This document shows, one piece after another, positions 35,287-45,214 of a stretch of 64,000 bases of DNA. The notes under the pieces were generated by a model. The model was not told the DNA's origin. It did not search any database and saw only the letters and a list, made by a program, of their open reading frames with translations. The stretch spans positions 59,082 through 123,081 of IMG/VR virus record IMGVR_UViG_3300011113_000492. One strand, given 5' to 3'. This stretch comes from a virus. Positions within the stretch are counted from its first letter, which is position 1. Every line of letters begins with the position of its first letter. A program made the translations under genes and the position numbers.

Positions 35287-36522
35287 ATGGCAAGCCAAAT
35301 TAATTATGACATAATCGACGGCACATACCCTGTTGCTGGTCAAGACAATAGTAGTCAAGGTTTCAGAGATAATTTTACTAATATTAAAAACAACTTTGAA
35401 AGTGCCTACGACGAAATCACCGATCTACAAAACAAAGTAATTCTAAAATCTCCGCTTAACAACGGTATTTTTGATAATAATATGCAGGGTAATGTAATTA
35501 CCAATGCAAAGACTCAAGGATTCCGAGATCTGAGATATAATAGAAATAGTGTAAGTGGCTCCATTAATGTAGACTTTAACACAGGATCTTATCAAACAAT
35601 TAACTTAGTGGGAAACACCACTATCAGTCAGTTTGCAAATTTTCCAACAACCACGGATACATTCAGTAGAATCAAACTTCAATTTGAGGTTCCTAGTTCT
35701 GGTTATACTGTGACGTTACCAAACAGTCCAACCTCTAATGTCAATATTAATACTAGTTCTATTGCAGGATTGAATCCATCTACAAATTTATTGAGATTTG
35801 ATGGGCCTGGTACTTATACCTACGAATTTGGAACCACAGACGGTATAAATTTTAATATCATCGATTTAACTAATAATCGAGACACGGTGCCAGGGGGTAG
35901 TTTAACAATTACTACAGGTGTGGGCGGTGCTGCTACTGCAGGTATCACTATGTCTGTTACCAATATAGGGGGCGTTGCGGTAGGTAATATCACTGCAACA
36001 AACTTTTTTGGCAATATTACAACTCTTGGCGGCAACTCTGCATCATTTGCCAGCAATGTAACTGCTGGAAATTTAATTGCCAATACTGGCATTGTTGGTA
36101 CCTTGAAAACCGCACTGCAACCTAACATTACATTATTAGGCACATTATCGACATTGTCAGTAACTGGCAATGCTAACGTCGGAAATCTTACTGTTACTGG
36201 CATGACAGATATGTGCGGTGGCTCAATGTATGGTTATCAGTTTGTTGCTGACGCTGCAAACGGTGCAAGCACACAAATTCTCAGTAACGTTGGTTGGTGT
36301 TTAATTGCACCGAATTCAGTGATTTCGAGTTACACTATCATTATGCCGTCAACGCCCAGGGATGGTCACGCTATTAAAATCAGTTTTGCCAACACTATTA
36401 CAGCATTAACGCATACTACAGGCGGAGCATTACTTAAAGGTGGATTTTCTACTGCCAATGCTAATGTGGGCGGTGAATGGATTTATCACTACACAACCAA
36501 TACTTGGTATAAGTCTTCTTAA
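35287..36522 (+). CDS. Virion structural/tail fibre-like protein
   Basis: YPVAGQDNSSQGFRDNF N-terminus; GNITA/GNLIA/GNLTV repeats. Confidence 0.7.
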   Translation: MASQINYDIIDGTYPVAGQDNSSQGFRDNFTNIKNNFESAYDEITDLQNKVILKSPLNNGIFDNNMQGNVITNAKTQGFRDLRYNRNSVSGSINVDFNTGSYQTINLVGNTTISQFANFPTTTDTFSRIKLQFEVPSSGYTVTLPNSPTSNVNINTSSIAGLNPSTNLLRFDGPGTYTYEFGTTDGINFNIIDLTNNRDTVPGGSLTITTGVGGAATAGITMSVTNIGGVAVGNITATNFFGNITTLGGNSASFASNVTAGNLIANTGIVGTLKTALQPNITLLGTLSTLSVTGNANVGNLTVTGMTDMCGGSMYGYQFVADAANGASTQILSNVGWCLIAPNSVISSYTIIMPSTPRDGHAIKISFANTITALTHTTGGALLKGGFSTANANVGGEWIYHYTTNTWYKSS

Positions 36523-36589
36523 CATAATCAAATTGATTGATCTCCTAGTTTAAATATTGTATAATTGCAGTATACTAGGAGTTTCTTTT

Positions 36590-37003
36590 ATGCAAATTGA
36601 TCTTAACAAATACGCTAAATTCGTTGATGCAGTTACTTCGAAGGAATCAAATAATTACGATTATTTACATCGAAGAATTGAAGATCTAAGACATCAGACC
36701 GATTCGACACTTAATCCCAGTCTGTTGTTGACTGCTGCCATTGGATTGGCAGCTGAAGGTGGGGAGTTTGCCGAAATTCCTAAAAAGATCTTTTTTCAAG
36801 GCAAACCGTACAATGAAGATGCTCGTTTTCATATGAAAAGAGAATTGGGAGATATTATGTGGTATTGGATTAATGCTTGTAGAGCATTGAACTTAGATCC
36901 CAATGATGTTATTGCAGAAAATGTAAATAAATTAGAAAGTCGTTATCCCGGCGGCAAATTTGATGCCTATTATAGTGAAAATCGTAAAGACAATGACCTC
37001 TAA
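36590..37003 (+). CDS. MazG-like NTP pyrophosphohydrolase
   Basis: GLAAEGGEFAE, RELGDIMWY, ENVNKLESRYP. Confidence 0.85.
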   Translation: MQIDLNKYAKFVDAVTSKESNNYDYLHRRIEDLRHQTDSTLNPSLLLTAAIGLAAEGGEFAEIPKKIFFQGKPYNEDARFHMKRELGDIMWYWINACRALNLDPNDVIAENVNKLESRYPGGKFDAYYSENRKDNDL

Positions 37004-37136
37004 AAATTATAAAATTAACGAAGATACATATCATGCATTGCTGGATATGTATGGATTCTTTTGCGATGGTAGAATATTTTTAGCCAGAGAGCTACTTGAG
37101 CAGATACTGGGATTCGAAAATAAGGAAAAAGCATAA
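36993..37136 (+). CDS. 47-aa hypothetical protein (absent from ORF track)
   Basis: Fills the gap; TAATG coupling to the next gene. Confidence 0.45.
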   Translation: MTSKNYKINEDTYHALLDMYGFFCDGRIFLARELLEQILGFENKEKA

Positions 37137-37372
37137 TGCATCCCCTAACGCCAGACTTAAGTCAATTAAAAGATGACGAACTGCACAAAAAAATCTATGA
37201 GCTCACTCAACGACTAACACAATCTTATAGATTTGGTAATTACGAAATAGTAGGTCAAATACATATGATCTTGGAGGATTACACAGAAGAATCTAATAGA
37301 CGTCAACGCAAAGTATTAGACGAACTTGCACAAAAAAATAATAAATTTGACGGTATCATTGATATTAAATGA
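37136..37372 (+). CDS. Helical hypothetical protein
   Basis: Coupled ORF. Confidence 0.6.
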   Translation: MHPLTPDLSQLKDDELHKKIYELTQRLTQSYRFGNYEIVGQIHMILEDYTEESNRRQRKVLDELAQKNNKFDGIIDIK

Positions 37373-37887
37373 AACAGTACGACGAATACGGCCAAACGCA
37401 TTTTTCAGCCGACGATCTTTGTGATCTGCTATATCAAAATCCTGACATCGAATTAACAAATTTTTTAGTAGACGATCCCGAACTCTTTAATAAAAGTGTT
37501 CGAAATTTATATGCAGATTTTTCTAAGTTAAAAAAATATCTAACAAATTACAGCATCGATATGGCAGAATTTGATGCCACTAATCAAATCTCATGGCATA
37601 TGCCACAGGAGTATAAAGATTTTGATATTGCACAATACGTATTAGAGCTTTGTAAAACACAAGAAGAACTGCAAAGAGTTGGGCAAGAATTGTTGTTATA
37701 TCAAGATCGAAATCTGTTTATGTTGTTGCGCTTTATGAAATACCTGGTAGATACACTTCGAAAAAATAATATTGTTTGGGGTGTTGGCAGAGGCAGTAGT
37801 GTAGCCAGCTATGTATTATATTTGATTGGTGTTCATAAAATAAACAGTCTCTATTATGATCTTGACATTACAGAGTTTCTTAAATAA
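37369..37887 (+). CDS. Stand-alone fragment of DNA polymerase III alpha (DnaE) palm region
   Basis: RVGQEL...VWGVGRGSSVASYVLYLIGVHKI...EFLK parallels DnaE GRGSAAGSLVAY.LGIT...ERFL. Confidence 0.8.
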   Translation: MKQYDEYGQTHFSADDLCDLLYQNPDIELTNFLVDDPELFNKSVRNLYADFSKLKKYLTNYSIDMAEFDATNQISWHMPQEYKDFDIAQYVLELCKTQEELQRVGQELLLYQDRNLFMLLRFMKYLVDTLRKNNIVWGVGRGSSVASYVLYLIGVHKINSLYYDLDITEFLK

Positions 37888-37903
37888 AATAAAGGAAATA
37901 ACA

Positions 37904-38101
37904 ATGTCTAGAATTTACAAAACAGCAAGTGGCAGATCCATTGACATGGATAAATTTCGATTACAAAACGAAAAAGAACAAGCTATTGGCAATATGAAAG
38001 TTAATGCTCGGGGGGACGAGGTCGATAACAGCAACAAAATTGTTCGTAACAGAAATGAAGTTATGAGAGAACATTATAAAAACAAAACTGGTAGGAATTA
38101 A
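37904..38101 (+). CDS. Conserved hypothetical protein
   Basis: AAGGA SD; GNMKVNARGD. Confidence 0.65.
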   Translation: MSRIYKTASGRSIDMDKFRLQNEKEQAIGNMKVNARGDEVDNSNKIVRNRNEVMREHYKNKTGRN

Positions 38102-38103
38102 AA

Positions 38104-38526
38104 ATGGCTATTGAAAATCCATTCGATCAAAAATTAAAATTTAAATTTACAAACAAAATTAAAGGATTGAAGCCTTTAAGAGATCATGTCATTGTAACAG
38201 ATATGAATTTTGGCCAACGTACTCTTAGCAGTGGCATTGTTCTGTTGGGCGATGATGCGAAAACAGACGGAATTAGGCCCAGGTGGTGCCGCGTTTATGT
38301 AGTAGGACCAGAACAAAAAGATGTAGTACCAGGTCAGTGGATTCTAGTGGAACACGGACGATGGACAAGGGGTATTGAAGTAGAAATCGACGACGTTGAA
38401 TTTACTATTCGCAGAATAGATGCTAGTGCAATCATGCTGGTCAGTGATCACGCACCCGAAGCTGACGACATGATATCAACTGCTGTTCATGCAGAGAGAA
38501 AACAAAGAGAATATTATGGCGAATAA
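38104..38526 (+). CDS. GroES/Cpn10-like co-chaperonin
   Basis: LKPLRDHVIV, TLSSGIVL, VYVVGP, VVPGQWILV. Confidence 0.8.
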   Translation: MAIENPFDQKLKFKFTNKIKGLKPLRDHVIVTDMNFGQRTLSSGIVLLGDDAKTDGIRPRWCRVYVVGPEQKDVVPGQWILVEHGRWTRGIEVEIDDVEFTIRRIDASAIMLVSDHAPEADDMISTAVHAERKQREYYGE

Positions 38527-38686
38527 AAGTTGGACGTTGACCACTGAAGAAGACCCGGATGACTCTGAAAGTCTTTTACTAACACTTCCGCCAGACTTAT
38601 TGGAATCAGTGGGGTGGAAGACTGGTGATACATTAAACTGGAAAGATAACGGCGACGGATCCTGGTCTTTAACTAAAAAAGAATAA
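38516..38686 (+). CDS. AbrB/MazE-like small DNA-binding protein
   Basis: LTLPPDLLESVGWKTGDTLNW. Confidence 0.65.
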   Translation: MANKSWTLTTEEDPDDSESLLLTLPPDLLESVGWKTGDTLNWKDNGDGSWSLTKKE

Positions 38687-38687
38687 C

Positions 38688-38933
38688 ATGGGTTTTCGAA
38701 TAACGTGGGATGCTGCTAAAATTATCAGCGATCTTCATGCCTGTACAGCTCAAGCAGCGTCCCCTTATAATGATGGTTATAGTGCGTGGTATTGTAAAAA
38801 AGACTTACTTACAATTAAGTATGCATTAGAAGAACTATTAGACCGTTGTCCGACTTTTTCTCACGAAGAAGAGAAGTTTCATGACGAAATGGCTAAACAA
38901 AAAACTTGGAAAACTCTCAATGACAAAATGTAA
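38688..38933 (+). CDS. Hypothetical protein
   Basis: ORF in operon. Confidence 0.6.
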   Translation: MGFRITWDAAKIISDLHACTAQAASPYNDGYSAWYCKKDLLTIKYALEELLDRCPTFSHEEEKFHDEMAKQKTWKTLNDKM

Positions 38934-39084
38934 GACATGCAATAAAGAATACACAATTACCTGCGACTATAATCAAGGTCGCTGCCCGCATCACCCACCG
39001 CAGGTTAATGCATATAATATGCGGTACTATAATTTGTACAAAATCTTAAAAAATCTTTTTAGTAGAACTAAATCTAACCCGTAA
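38920..39084 (+). CDS. Small Cys-containing hypothetical protein
   Basis: CKTC...C...CPHHP. Confidence 0.5.
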   Translation: MTKCKTCNKEYTITCDYNQGRCPHHPPQVNAYNMRYYNLYKILKNLFSRTKSNP

Positions 39085-39097
39085 CCAAGGAATTATT

Positions 39098-39328
39098 ATG
39101 CCTTATAAGTATGTGACCGCAGAAGTAGAAGTTGATATCGAAGATTTTGACACGGACGAACTCATCGAGGAACTAGAAAGACGTGGTGTTGACTATAATA
39201 CCAGTGGGGTAGACGGCGATGAAATGCGAGAAGTTCTGGATCAAATCTGGCAAAAACGTCGACTCGGTCAAAATTATCAATCACAGTTAGATAAATTGAT
39301 TTATGGTGTGTTAGGTAAAATTGTATGA
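39098..39328 (+). CDS. Acidic hypothetical protein
   Basis: AAGGA SD. Confidence 0.6.
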   Translation: MPYKYVTAEVEVDIEDFDTDELIEELERRGVDYNTSGVDGDEMREVLDQIWQKRRLGQNYQSQLDKLIYGVLGKIV

Positions 39329-39792
39329 TATTCAATCATATTAAGAATCTTAAAAAAGAAGGCAAACGCATCGGCATTACCTTCAGCACATTTGATTTAC
39401 TGCATGCCGGACACATTGCTATGTTGTCTGAATCTAAAAATCACTGTGATTATTTAATTTGCGGATTACAAACAGATCCCACAATTGATAGGCCCGACAC
39501 AAAAAATAAACCAGTGCAAACAATAGTAGAACGTCAAATACAATTATCGGCTTGTAGATATGTAGATGAAGTAGTTATATATCAAACTGAAAAAGACCTC
39601 GAAGATCTATTGCTTATTTTGCCTGTAGATGTTAGAATACTGGGTATCGAGTATGCAGACAAAGAATTCACAGGTAAACAAATTTGCGTGAACAGAAAAA
39701 TTGAAATTGTATATAACGGTCGAGATCATAGTTTTAGCTCCAGCAGTCTAAGAAAGCGTGTGGCTAACGCAGAGGCCAGTAAGCAAACGTAA
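39325..39792 (+). CDS. Cytidylyltransferase (TagD-like, HIGH family)
   Basis: FSTFDLLHAGH, ERQIQLSACRYVDEV, HSFSSS. Confidence 0.85.
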   Translation: MIFNHIKNLKKEGKRIGITFSTFDLLHAGHIAMLSESKNHCDYLICGLQTDPTIDRPDTKNKPVQTIVERQIQLSACRYVDEVVIYQTEKDLEDLLLILPVDVRILGIEYADKEFTGKQICVNRKIEIVYNGRDHSFSSSSLRKRVANAEASKQT

Positions 39793-39811
39793 ATTATCAA
39801 AAAGGCAAACA

Positions 39812-40735
39812 ATGAAAGAACTTTGGACAGAAAAATACAGGCCAAAAACTATCGACGGCTATGTGTTCACTGACACAGGCACAAAAGATCAGATTGAAAC
39901 TTGGATCAAAGAAAAAGCTTGCCCGCATCTCTTATTGTACGGGCCAGCAGGCACAGGAAAAACTACTTTAGCAAAAATTCTTGTTAATCAGCTAAACATT
40001 GACGACTATGATTTTTTACAAGTTAATGCCAGTCGGGATAACGGTGTAGATTTCCTTAAGGATAAGATTGAAGGCTTTGTAAGCACATTGCCGTTTGGCG
40101 ATCTTAAGATTGTGCTGCTAGACGAAGCAGATTATCTTAGTCCCAATGCACAGGGACTACTCAGGGGCTTAATGGAAACTTATCAAGCACAGGCAAGATT
40201 TATTCTAACCTGTAATATGGTACATAAAATTATTACTCCCTTAAAATCTCGTTGCACAGAACTACACATTAACAAAACAGATCAGACTGAGTTCACTGCT
40301 CGAGCAGCAACAGTGCTTATGTCCGAAGGCATTGATTTTGATCTAGAAACGTTGGACAGTTATATTAGAGCAACTTACCCGGATTTGCGTAAGTGTCTGA
40401 ATTTACTTCAACCCAACAGCAGTACAGGTGTATTAATTAGTCCCAAAGAAAGTGACGGCGGCACAGCAGACTATAAACTGGCCATGGTTGATTTATTCAA
40501 AGCTGGCCGCATCAAAGATGCTCGTAAATTGTTATGCAGTCAAGCAAGACCTGAAGAGATGGAAGAAATTTTCCGCTGGAGTTATGATAACTTAGATTTA
40601 TGGAGTAGAACTGAAGAAGGTCAAGACGAAGCAATTTTAATTATTAGAAAAGCCTTGGTAAATCATAGCCTATGTGGAGATCCAGAAATCAATCTTTCGG
40701 CAATGATTGTTGAACTGTCTCAAATTGATCAGTAA
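39812..40735 (+). CDS. Clamp loader AAA+ subunit (RFC small/gp44-like)
   Basis: LWTEKYRP, GPAGTGKTT, NASRDNG, DEADYL, LKSRC, DLRK. Confidence 0.93.
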   Translation: MKELWTEKYRPKTIDGYVFTDTGTKDQIETWIKEKACPHLLLYGPAGTGKTTLAKILVNQLNIDDYDFLQVNASRDNGVDFLKDKIEGFVSTLPFGDLKIVLLDEADYLSPNAQGLLRGLMETYQAQARFILTCNMVHKIITPLKSRCTELHINKTDQTEFTARAATVLMSEGIDFDLETLDSYIRATYPDLRKCLNLLQPNSSTGVLISPKESDGGTADYKLAMVDLFKAGRIKDARKLLCSQARPEEMEEIFRWSYDNLDLWSRTEEGQDEAILIIRKALVNHSLCGDPEINLSAMIVELSQIDQ

Positions 40736-41345
40736 TACATTTTGGAAAATGCCAACGCTTCATATTTAATTGATGCCCAACTTTTCCACAATGCGGACAC
40801 GTAATATACCTATTAGCATGAGCCTTAGAAAGGTTACTTTTCCACTCGTTCGAGAATTCCCTCCCTTTTAACGAAGCAGAGCACTTATCTTTATGATCTT
40901 GACTGTTTTGTTTACCTTTTCGGGCGATCTTTAATCTAGTAGCAATATCATCGGGTTTGGGTTTACCTTTTTTGGCGAGACTCATTTTCTGCCTAGTTTC
41001 GCTTGTAAAGGTTCTTCCTTTAAGTTGCAAATTAAGATGTAATTTTAATTGTGCATATCTAGTAGAATTAATGAAATATCTTTCATGATGTTTGCTACTG
41101 GTCATCATTCGTTTACATGCATACACCATTTTTCTTTTTGATTCTCCTTCTACCATCTTTGTTAATAATAAATGACAAATAAAATGTTCCCTTGCTGTCA
41201 ACCTTGCGAGATTTTCTTTTTCATTTGTGCCACCTAAACATTTAGGAATAATGTGATGCATTTCGATGTACGAATTAATATTTCTTGACTTTGAAGAAAT
41301 TATTATGTTAAAATACCACTTGGTATACTTATTTTGTAAATACAT
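40689..41345 (-). mobile_element. Free-standing HNH homing endonuclease with NUMOD3-like basic repeats
   Basis: HHIIPKCLGG...NLARLTAREHFICH; repeated S.E(T/H)..K.S...KG; antisense to its neighbours; overlaps the clamp loader 3' end by 47 nt. Confidence 0.85.
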
Positions 41346-41426
41346 GTGCTGGTGCTCCCTAAAGCATTAGAGTAGTTGGGAATCCCCATTCCGCGAACTA
41401 CAATTTTATTTATATATTCATCAATA

Positions 41427-41783
41427 ATGAAGCCTAAACACATTTATCTCGTAGCATATTATCATATGAAACCCAAGGATCCTAAACGTACTAAAGAACC
41501 AGGATACATGACTAATACAGATAATATCGAATTTGACGAATCTATAAATATTACTAGAGGATTAAAAACAAGGGACGAACTCGGTGCTAAAGTTATTTTA
41601 GATTTAACTAACCAAGTAGTTAAGAAAAATACTTTTAACGATAATTTGGACTTTCCTAGCATACTGGCTCACTACCAAGAGGGGTATCCCAAGTATATCA
41701 ATCCTTTATTAGCACAATTATATCCGGAGCAAGTCGATGCCAATGCCAATGTACACAGCAAAGAAGAAAAAGAAGGAAGTTGA
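41427..41783 (+). CDS. Hypothetical protein
   Basis: ATG 41427; overlaps the next gene. Confidence 0.6.
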   Translation: MKPKHIYLVAYYHMKPKDPKRTKEPGYMTNTDNIEFDESINITRGLKTRDELGAKVILDLTNQVVKKNTFNDNLDFPSILAHYQEGYPKYINPLLAQLYPEQVDANANVHSKEEKEGS

Positions 41784-41976
41784 TCCAAATGCTCCTCCCC
41801 GACCTTCCTTGTTAGGACATGAAAAAGAAATGAAAGTTTGGAGAGAACAATTTGGAAGATTGGCTCAACAAAACACAGATCAAGCTATTACTATAACTAC
41901 TCTCCAGAGAAAAATCAATAGACTAGAATCGCAATTAGACGCTGTCACAAGTTTTGTAAATAGAAAATTAAGGTAA
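41737..41976 (+). CDS. Coiled-coil hypothetical protein
   Basis: Heptad pattern in the C-half. Confidence 0.6.
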   Translation: MPMPMYTAKKKKKEVDPNAPPRPSLLGHEKEMKVWREQFGRLAQQNTDQAITITTLQRKINRLESQLDAVTSFVNRKLR

Positions 41977-42016
41977 AATAAATCCCAATTTAGGAGTACC
42001 TTGTATAAATACTTGT

Positions 42017-42550
42017 ATGAAACAAGTATTACATAAACATCATATTATCCCAAAGCACGCCGGTGGCACAGACGATCCATCTAATCTAATAGAACTGACA
42101 TTAGAAGAACATGCCAACGCACATAAAAAATTGTTTGAGCAGTATGGTAGACAAGAAGATTTTCTAGCATGGAAAGGTCTTGCTGGGTTAATCGGCAAAG
42201 ACGAGATGTTCTTATTGAAATGTTCTCTGAATTCATCAAGACCCGGAGAACTTAATACTTTTTATGGTATGAAACATACAGACGAAACAAAAAGAAAAAT
42301 ATCAGAAAAGAATAAAGGTCATTCTTACAATAAAGGAATCCTTAAATCAGAAGAACATAAAAAGAAAATAAGTGCAAGAAGAAAAGCAGAGTCAAAAAAA
42401 TATACATTTGAGCACAAAGACGGAAGAGTACTTACTGGAACTACAGGTGACTTAGCCAAAATAACTGGATCACAAACTGCCGAAGCATGGAAACTTGTTG
42501 TCGGCATCTATAAAACACATAAAGGATGGATTTTCAAAAATGCCGAATAA
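42017..42550 (+). mobile_element. Free-standing HNH homing endonuclease with NUMOD3-like repeats
   Basis: HKHHIIPKHAGG...NLIELTLEEHANAH; FYGMKHTDETKRKIS; TATAAATA at 42004. Confidence 0.85.
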
Positions 42551-43124
42551 AATTATATTAGTCGATTGTGACGGCGTCTTGTTGGATTGGGAGTACGCAT
42601 TTGATGTTTGGATGCAACAACATGGATTTACTAAATTAGATTCACTGAAATACAATATTGGTAAACGTTACGGAATCGACGAAGATCGGGGGCGTAAGTT
42701 AATTAAAATTTTTAATGAGTCGGCCCATATAGGGTTTTTGCCTCCGTTGCGTGATGCCATGCATTATGTTAAACGATTGCACGAAGAACATGGATATGTA
42801 TTTCACTGCATTACTAGTTTGACTAAAGATGAAAATGCTCAAGAATTACGTAGGATGAATCTACGCAAGCTATTCGGAAAAACCGCATTTGAAAAATTTA
42901 TATTCTTAGATACTGGCGCCGACAAGGATCAAGCATTAGAGCCATATCGAGACTCGGAACTTTGGTGGATTGAAGATAAAATTGATAACTGCCAAGTTGG
43001 CACATCGTTGGGTCTTAAAAGTCTATTAATGGAACATGGACATAACATGGATTATAACGATCCTGAAATTCCTCGAATGAAGAATTGGCGTGATATCTAT
43101 ACTACCATAGTAGCGGGGAGGTAA
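42540..43124 (+). CDS. HAD-family 5'(3')-nucleotidase-like protein
   Basis: ILVDCDGVLLDW, ITS, WIED. Confidence 0.8.
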   Translation: MPNKIILVDCDGVLLDWEYAFDVWMQQHGFTKLDSLKYNIGKRYGIDEDRGRKLIKIFNESAHIGFLPPLRDAMHYVKRLHEEHGYVFHCITSLTKDENAQELRRMNLRKLFGKTAFEKFIFLDTGADKDQALEPYRDSELWWIEDKIDNCQVGTSLGLKSLLMEHGHNMDYNDPEIPRMKNWRDIYTTIVAGR

Positions 43125-43134
43125 ACTCCCCGCT
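43112..43134. terminator. Hairpin between convergent genes
   Basis: AGCGGGGAG-GTAAA-CTCCCCGCT. Confidence 0.7.
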
Positions 43135-43139
43135 TATGA

Positions 43140-43877
43140 TTAAATCTCCCGATAAATTTTAAGTACTTCAATAACGGCAGGGTGTCTTTGTATATCCTTG
43201 CCGGTCAGTTCTATACCATCAACATATTGTGTATGTTTGTATTCTTCGACCAGTGCTTTAAAGTCTAATAATCCGTTGTCGGGGTCTTTTCTGTCTGCTT
43301 GTCGAGTATCTCCGGTTACAACCATTTTACTATTTTCGCCTAAACGTGTTAACAGCATTTTCATTTGATTGGGTGTCGCGTTTTGCATCTCGTCTGCAAT
43401 GATCCACGAATTTTTAAATGTCCGTCCACGCATGAACGCTAGGGGAGATATCTCTATTATTTGTTCATCTAGCATTCGGGCTATCTCTTTACGATCGTAA
43501 TACTCTGATAAAACGTCAAACAAGGGTCTGGTCCATGGTTCCATTTTTTGATTAAGATCTCCTGGCAGAAATCCGTGTTTTTCGTCATCTACTCCAACGG
43601 CCGGTCTGGTCAGCACAATTTTAGTAATCACCCCCTCTTTGAGTGCTTTAATCCCAGCTAACATAGCCAACATAGTTTTACCTGTACCAGCAGGTCCCGT
43701 GGCAAAAACAATAATTTTGCTGGGATCTGTTAACAGATTAATATATGTTTCTTGATTTAGTGTTTTGGGAAGTAAATGAACTTGACGCTTTTTTGTGTTG
43801 TTGTAATAAGTGTTTATACTTACTACATTATTTTCTACTGCTTCAGCTTGGTAGAATTTGCTTTTTCTCTTTGACAA
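43140..43877 (-). CDS. phoH: PhoH-family ATPase
   Basis: GPAGTGKT, GFLPGDL, PLAFMRGRTF, DEMQN, GDTRQAD, RHP; AGGAGG SD and TTG start. Confidence 0.95.
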   Translation of the reverse strand: MSKRKSKFYQAEAVENNVVSINTYYNNTKKRQVHLLPKTLNQETYINLLTDPSKIIVFATGPAGTGKTMLAMLAGIKALKEGVITKIVLTRPAVGVDDEKHGFLPGDLNQKMEPWTRPLFDVLSEYYDRKEIARMLDEQIIEISPLAFMRGRTFKNSWIIADEMQNATPNQMKMLLTRLGENSKMVVTGDTRQADRKDPDNGLLDFKALVEEYKHTQYVDGIELTGKDIQRHPAVIEVLKIYREI

Positions 43878-44068
43878 TGTATCCTCCTGATAAGAGAATG
43901 AACTTTAGTTGTTAGCAGACCATCTAACAACACGGTCCACGTAAATATTTAAGAGGATACAAGATCAGCAATCACTAGCTTTAATTATTTTTTCTAAAGT
44001 ATAAGTATTAGGCTATTCGAAACGTTTCTATTAGAAAAACTATTGCAACCATTTGTATAAATATTGCT

Positions 44069-44620
44069 ATGCCTGCAAATATAAAAGACGTATTACAAAA
44101 TATTAAAACCATTTACATGACTGACAGTAGTCTAGAAACTCTATTAGACTATGAGCGTGTGCTTGACGAAATGGACTTATACGCATTCGACCATTGGAAA
44201 CTTGGGGAATTGGTAGAAGGCCCAGTATACGAAAAATATTTCGTAACTTGTACGTGGATGTTTCCATTTAGGAAAATGCCTGACCCCAGGGGTGGCGAGA
44301 GATTGTTAAATTATGGATGCGAAATCAGTTATAAAAAAGACTCTTTTGAATATCCTATTACTGTAAAAAGTCCCGACGATTTCGAACCAGGTACCAAAGT
44401 TCCAAGAATGGTGTCTAAGCCAGTCTGGCTAGTATCTATTACTATACCTAAAAAATTAATGAGTGATATACAACAAGGCAGCATTGAATTAGAAAATGAA
44501 ACGTTGGACACCGAAGACATCGAAACTGCATATGAGCAAGGATTAGATGACGAAACCAACGTTAATGCGGGTGAAGAACAAAATGCACAACAACAAGCTC
44601 AACCAGCCCCAGCTATTTGA
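44069..44620 (+). CDS. Conserved jumbo-phage late protein
   Basis: TATAAATA at 44056; LLDYERVLDEMDLYAF...MPDPRGG. Confidence 0.7.
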   Translation: MPANIKDVLQNIKTIYMTDSSLETLLDYERVLDEMDLYAFDHWKLGELVEGPVYEKYFVTCTWMFPFRKMPDPRGGERLLNYGCEISYKKDSFEYPITVKSPDDFEPGTKVPRMVSKPVWLVSITIPKKLMSDIQQGSIELENETLDTEDIETAYEQGLDDETNVNAGEEQNAQQQAQPAPAI

Positions 44621-45167
44621 AGGCTTAGAAAAAGACGATCTGGCTAGATTAGTCTTTTCAGAACTTCATATCGACGAATTTAAAAGTAAAATGGGAGATG
44701 ACGCCGACATCATTGTGTTAAGTTTTCTCGTCGATGGGAAAGAACCTGCCACTGACTTAATGAATTTTATTGAGCGAGGCTATGATTGGGTGTTTGATGC
44801 TGACATTAGTTCGGGAGAGCTCGATGACGGGCAATACCTAGTGTTTGTTGAACTAGAAAGAAGTCCCGAAGCAGCAGCAGAAATCTACGAACTAGTGGAA
44901 AATGTGTTAAATCTGACAGGGCAAACTTTTAGTGATTGGACGTTTCAATATCGAAAAAATTCGAGAAAGTTTGACATTACACTAGATAATTTTAATCAGC
45001 ACGTACCGTTGACCCCTGACGCATATATAGAAAAATTCGGAGATCAGGAAACAGATATCGACGGGAACATAGATGCTATGCTAGAAGCTGCTAGAGTCCC
45101 TTTTGTTAAAAAAGCACCAGTTAATGATTTCACTGAAAGTCTGAGAGTTGCAGCCGGCTTAAAATAA
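44583..45167 (+). CDS. Conserved jumbo-phage late protein
   Basis: IDEFKSKMGDD, FIERGY..VFDADIS; ends LRVAAGLK. Confidence 0.7.
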   Translation: MHNNKLNQPQLFEGLEKDDLARLVFSELHIDEFKSKMGDDADIIVLSFLVDGKEPATDLMNFIERGYDWVFDADISSGELDDGQYLVFVELERSPEAAAEIYELVENVLNLTGQTFSDWTFQYRKNSRKFDITLDNFNQHVPLTPDAYIEKFGDQETDIDGNIDAMLEAARVPFVKKAPVNDFTESLRVAAGLK

Positions 45168-45214
45168 CCATTTTTTTACTAAATACTTGAGTAGAAACAC
45201 TCAAGGAGTTTAGT

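Noticed and set aside
39812-40735. Intron or intein interrupting the clamp loader via the adjacent HNH gene
   Set aside because: The clamp loader ORF is continuous and of normal length; the HNH gene is free-standing and only overlaps its stop.
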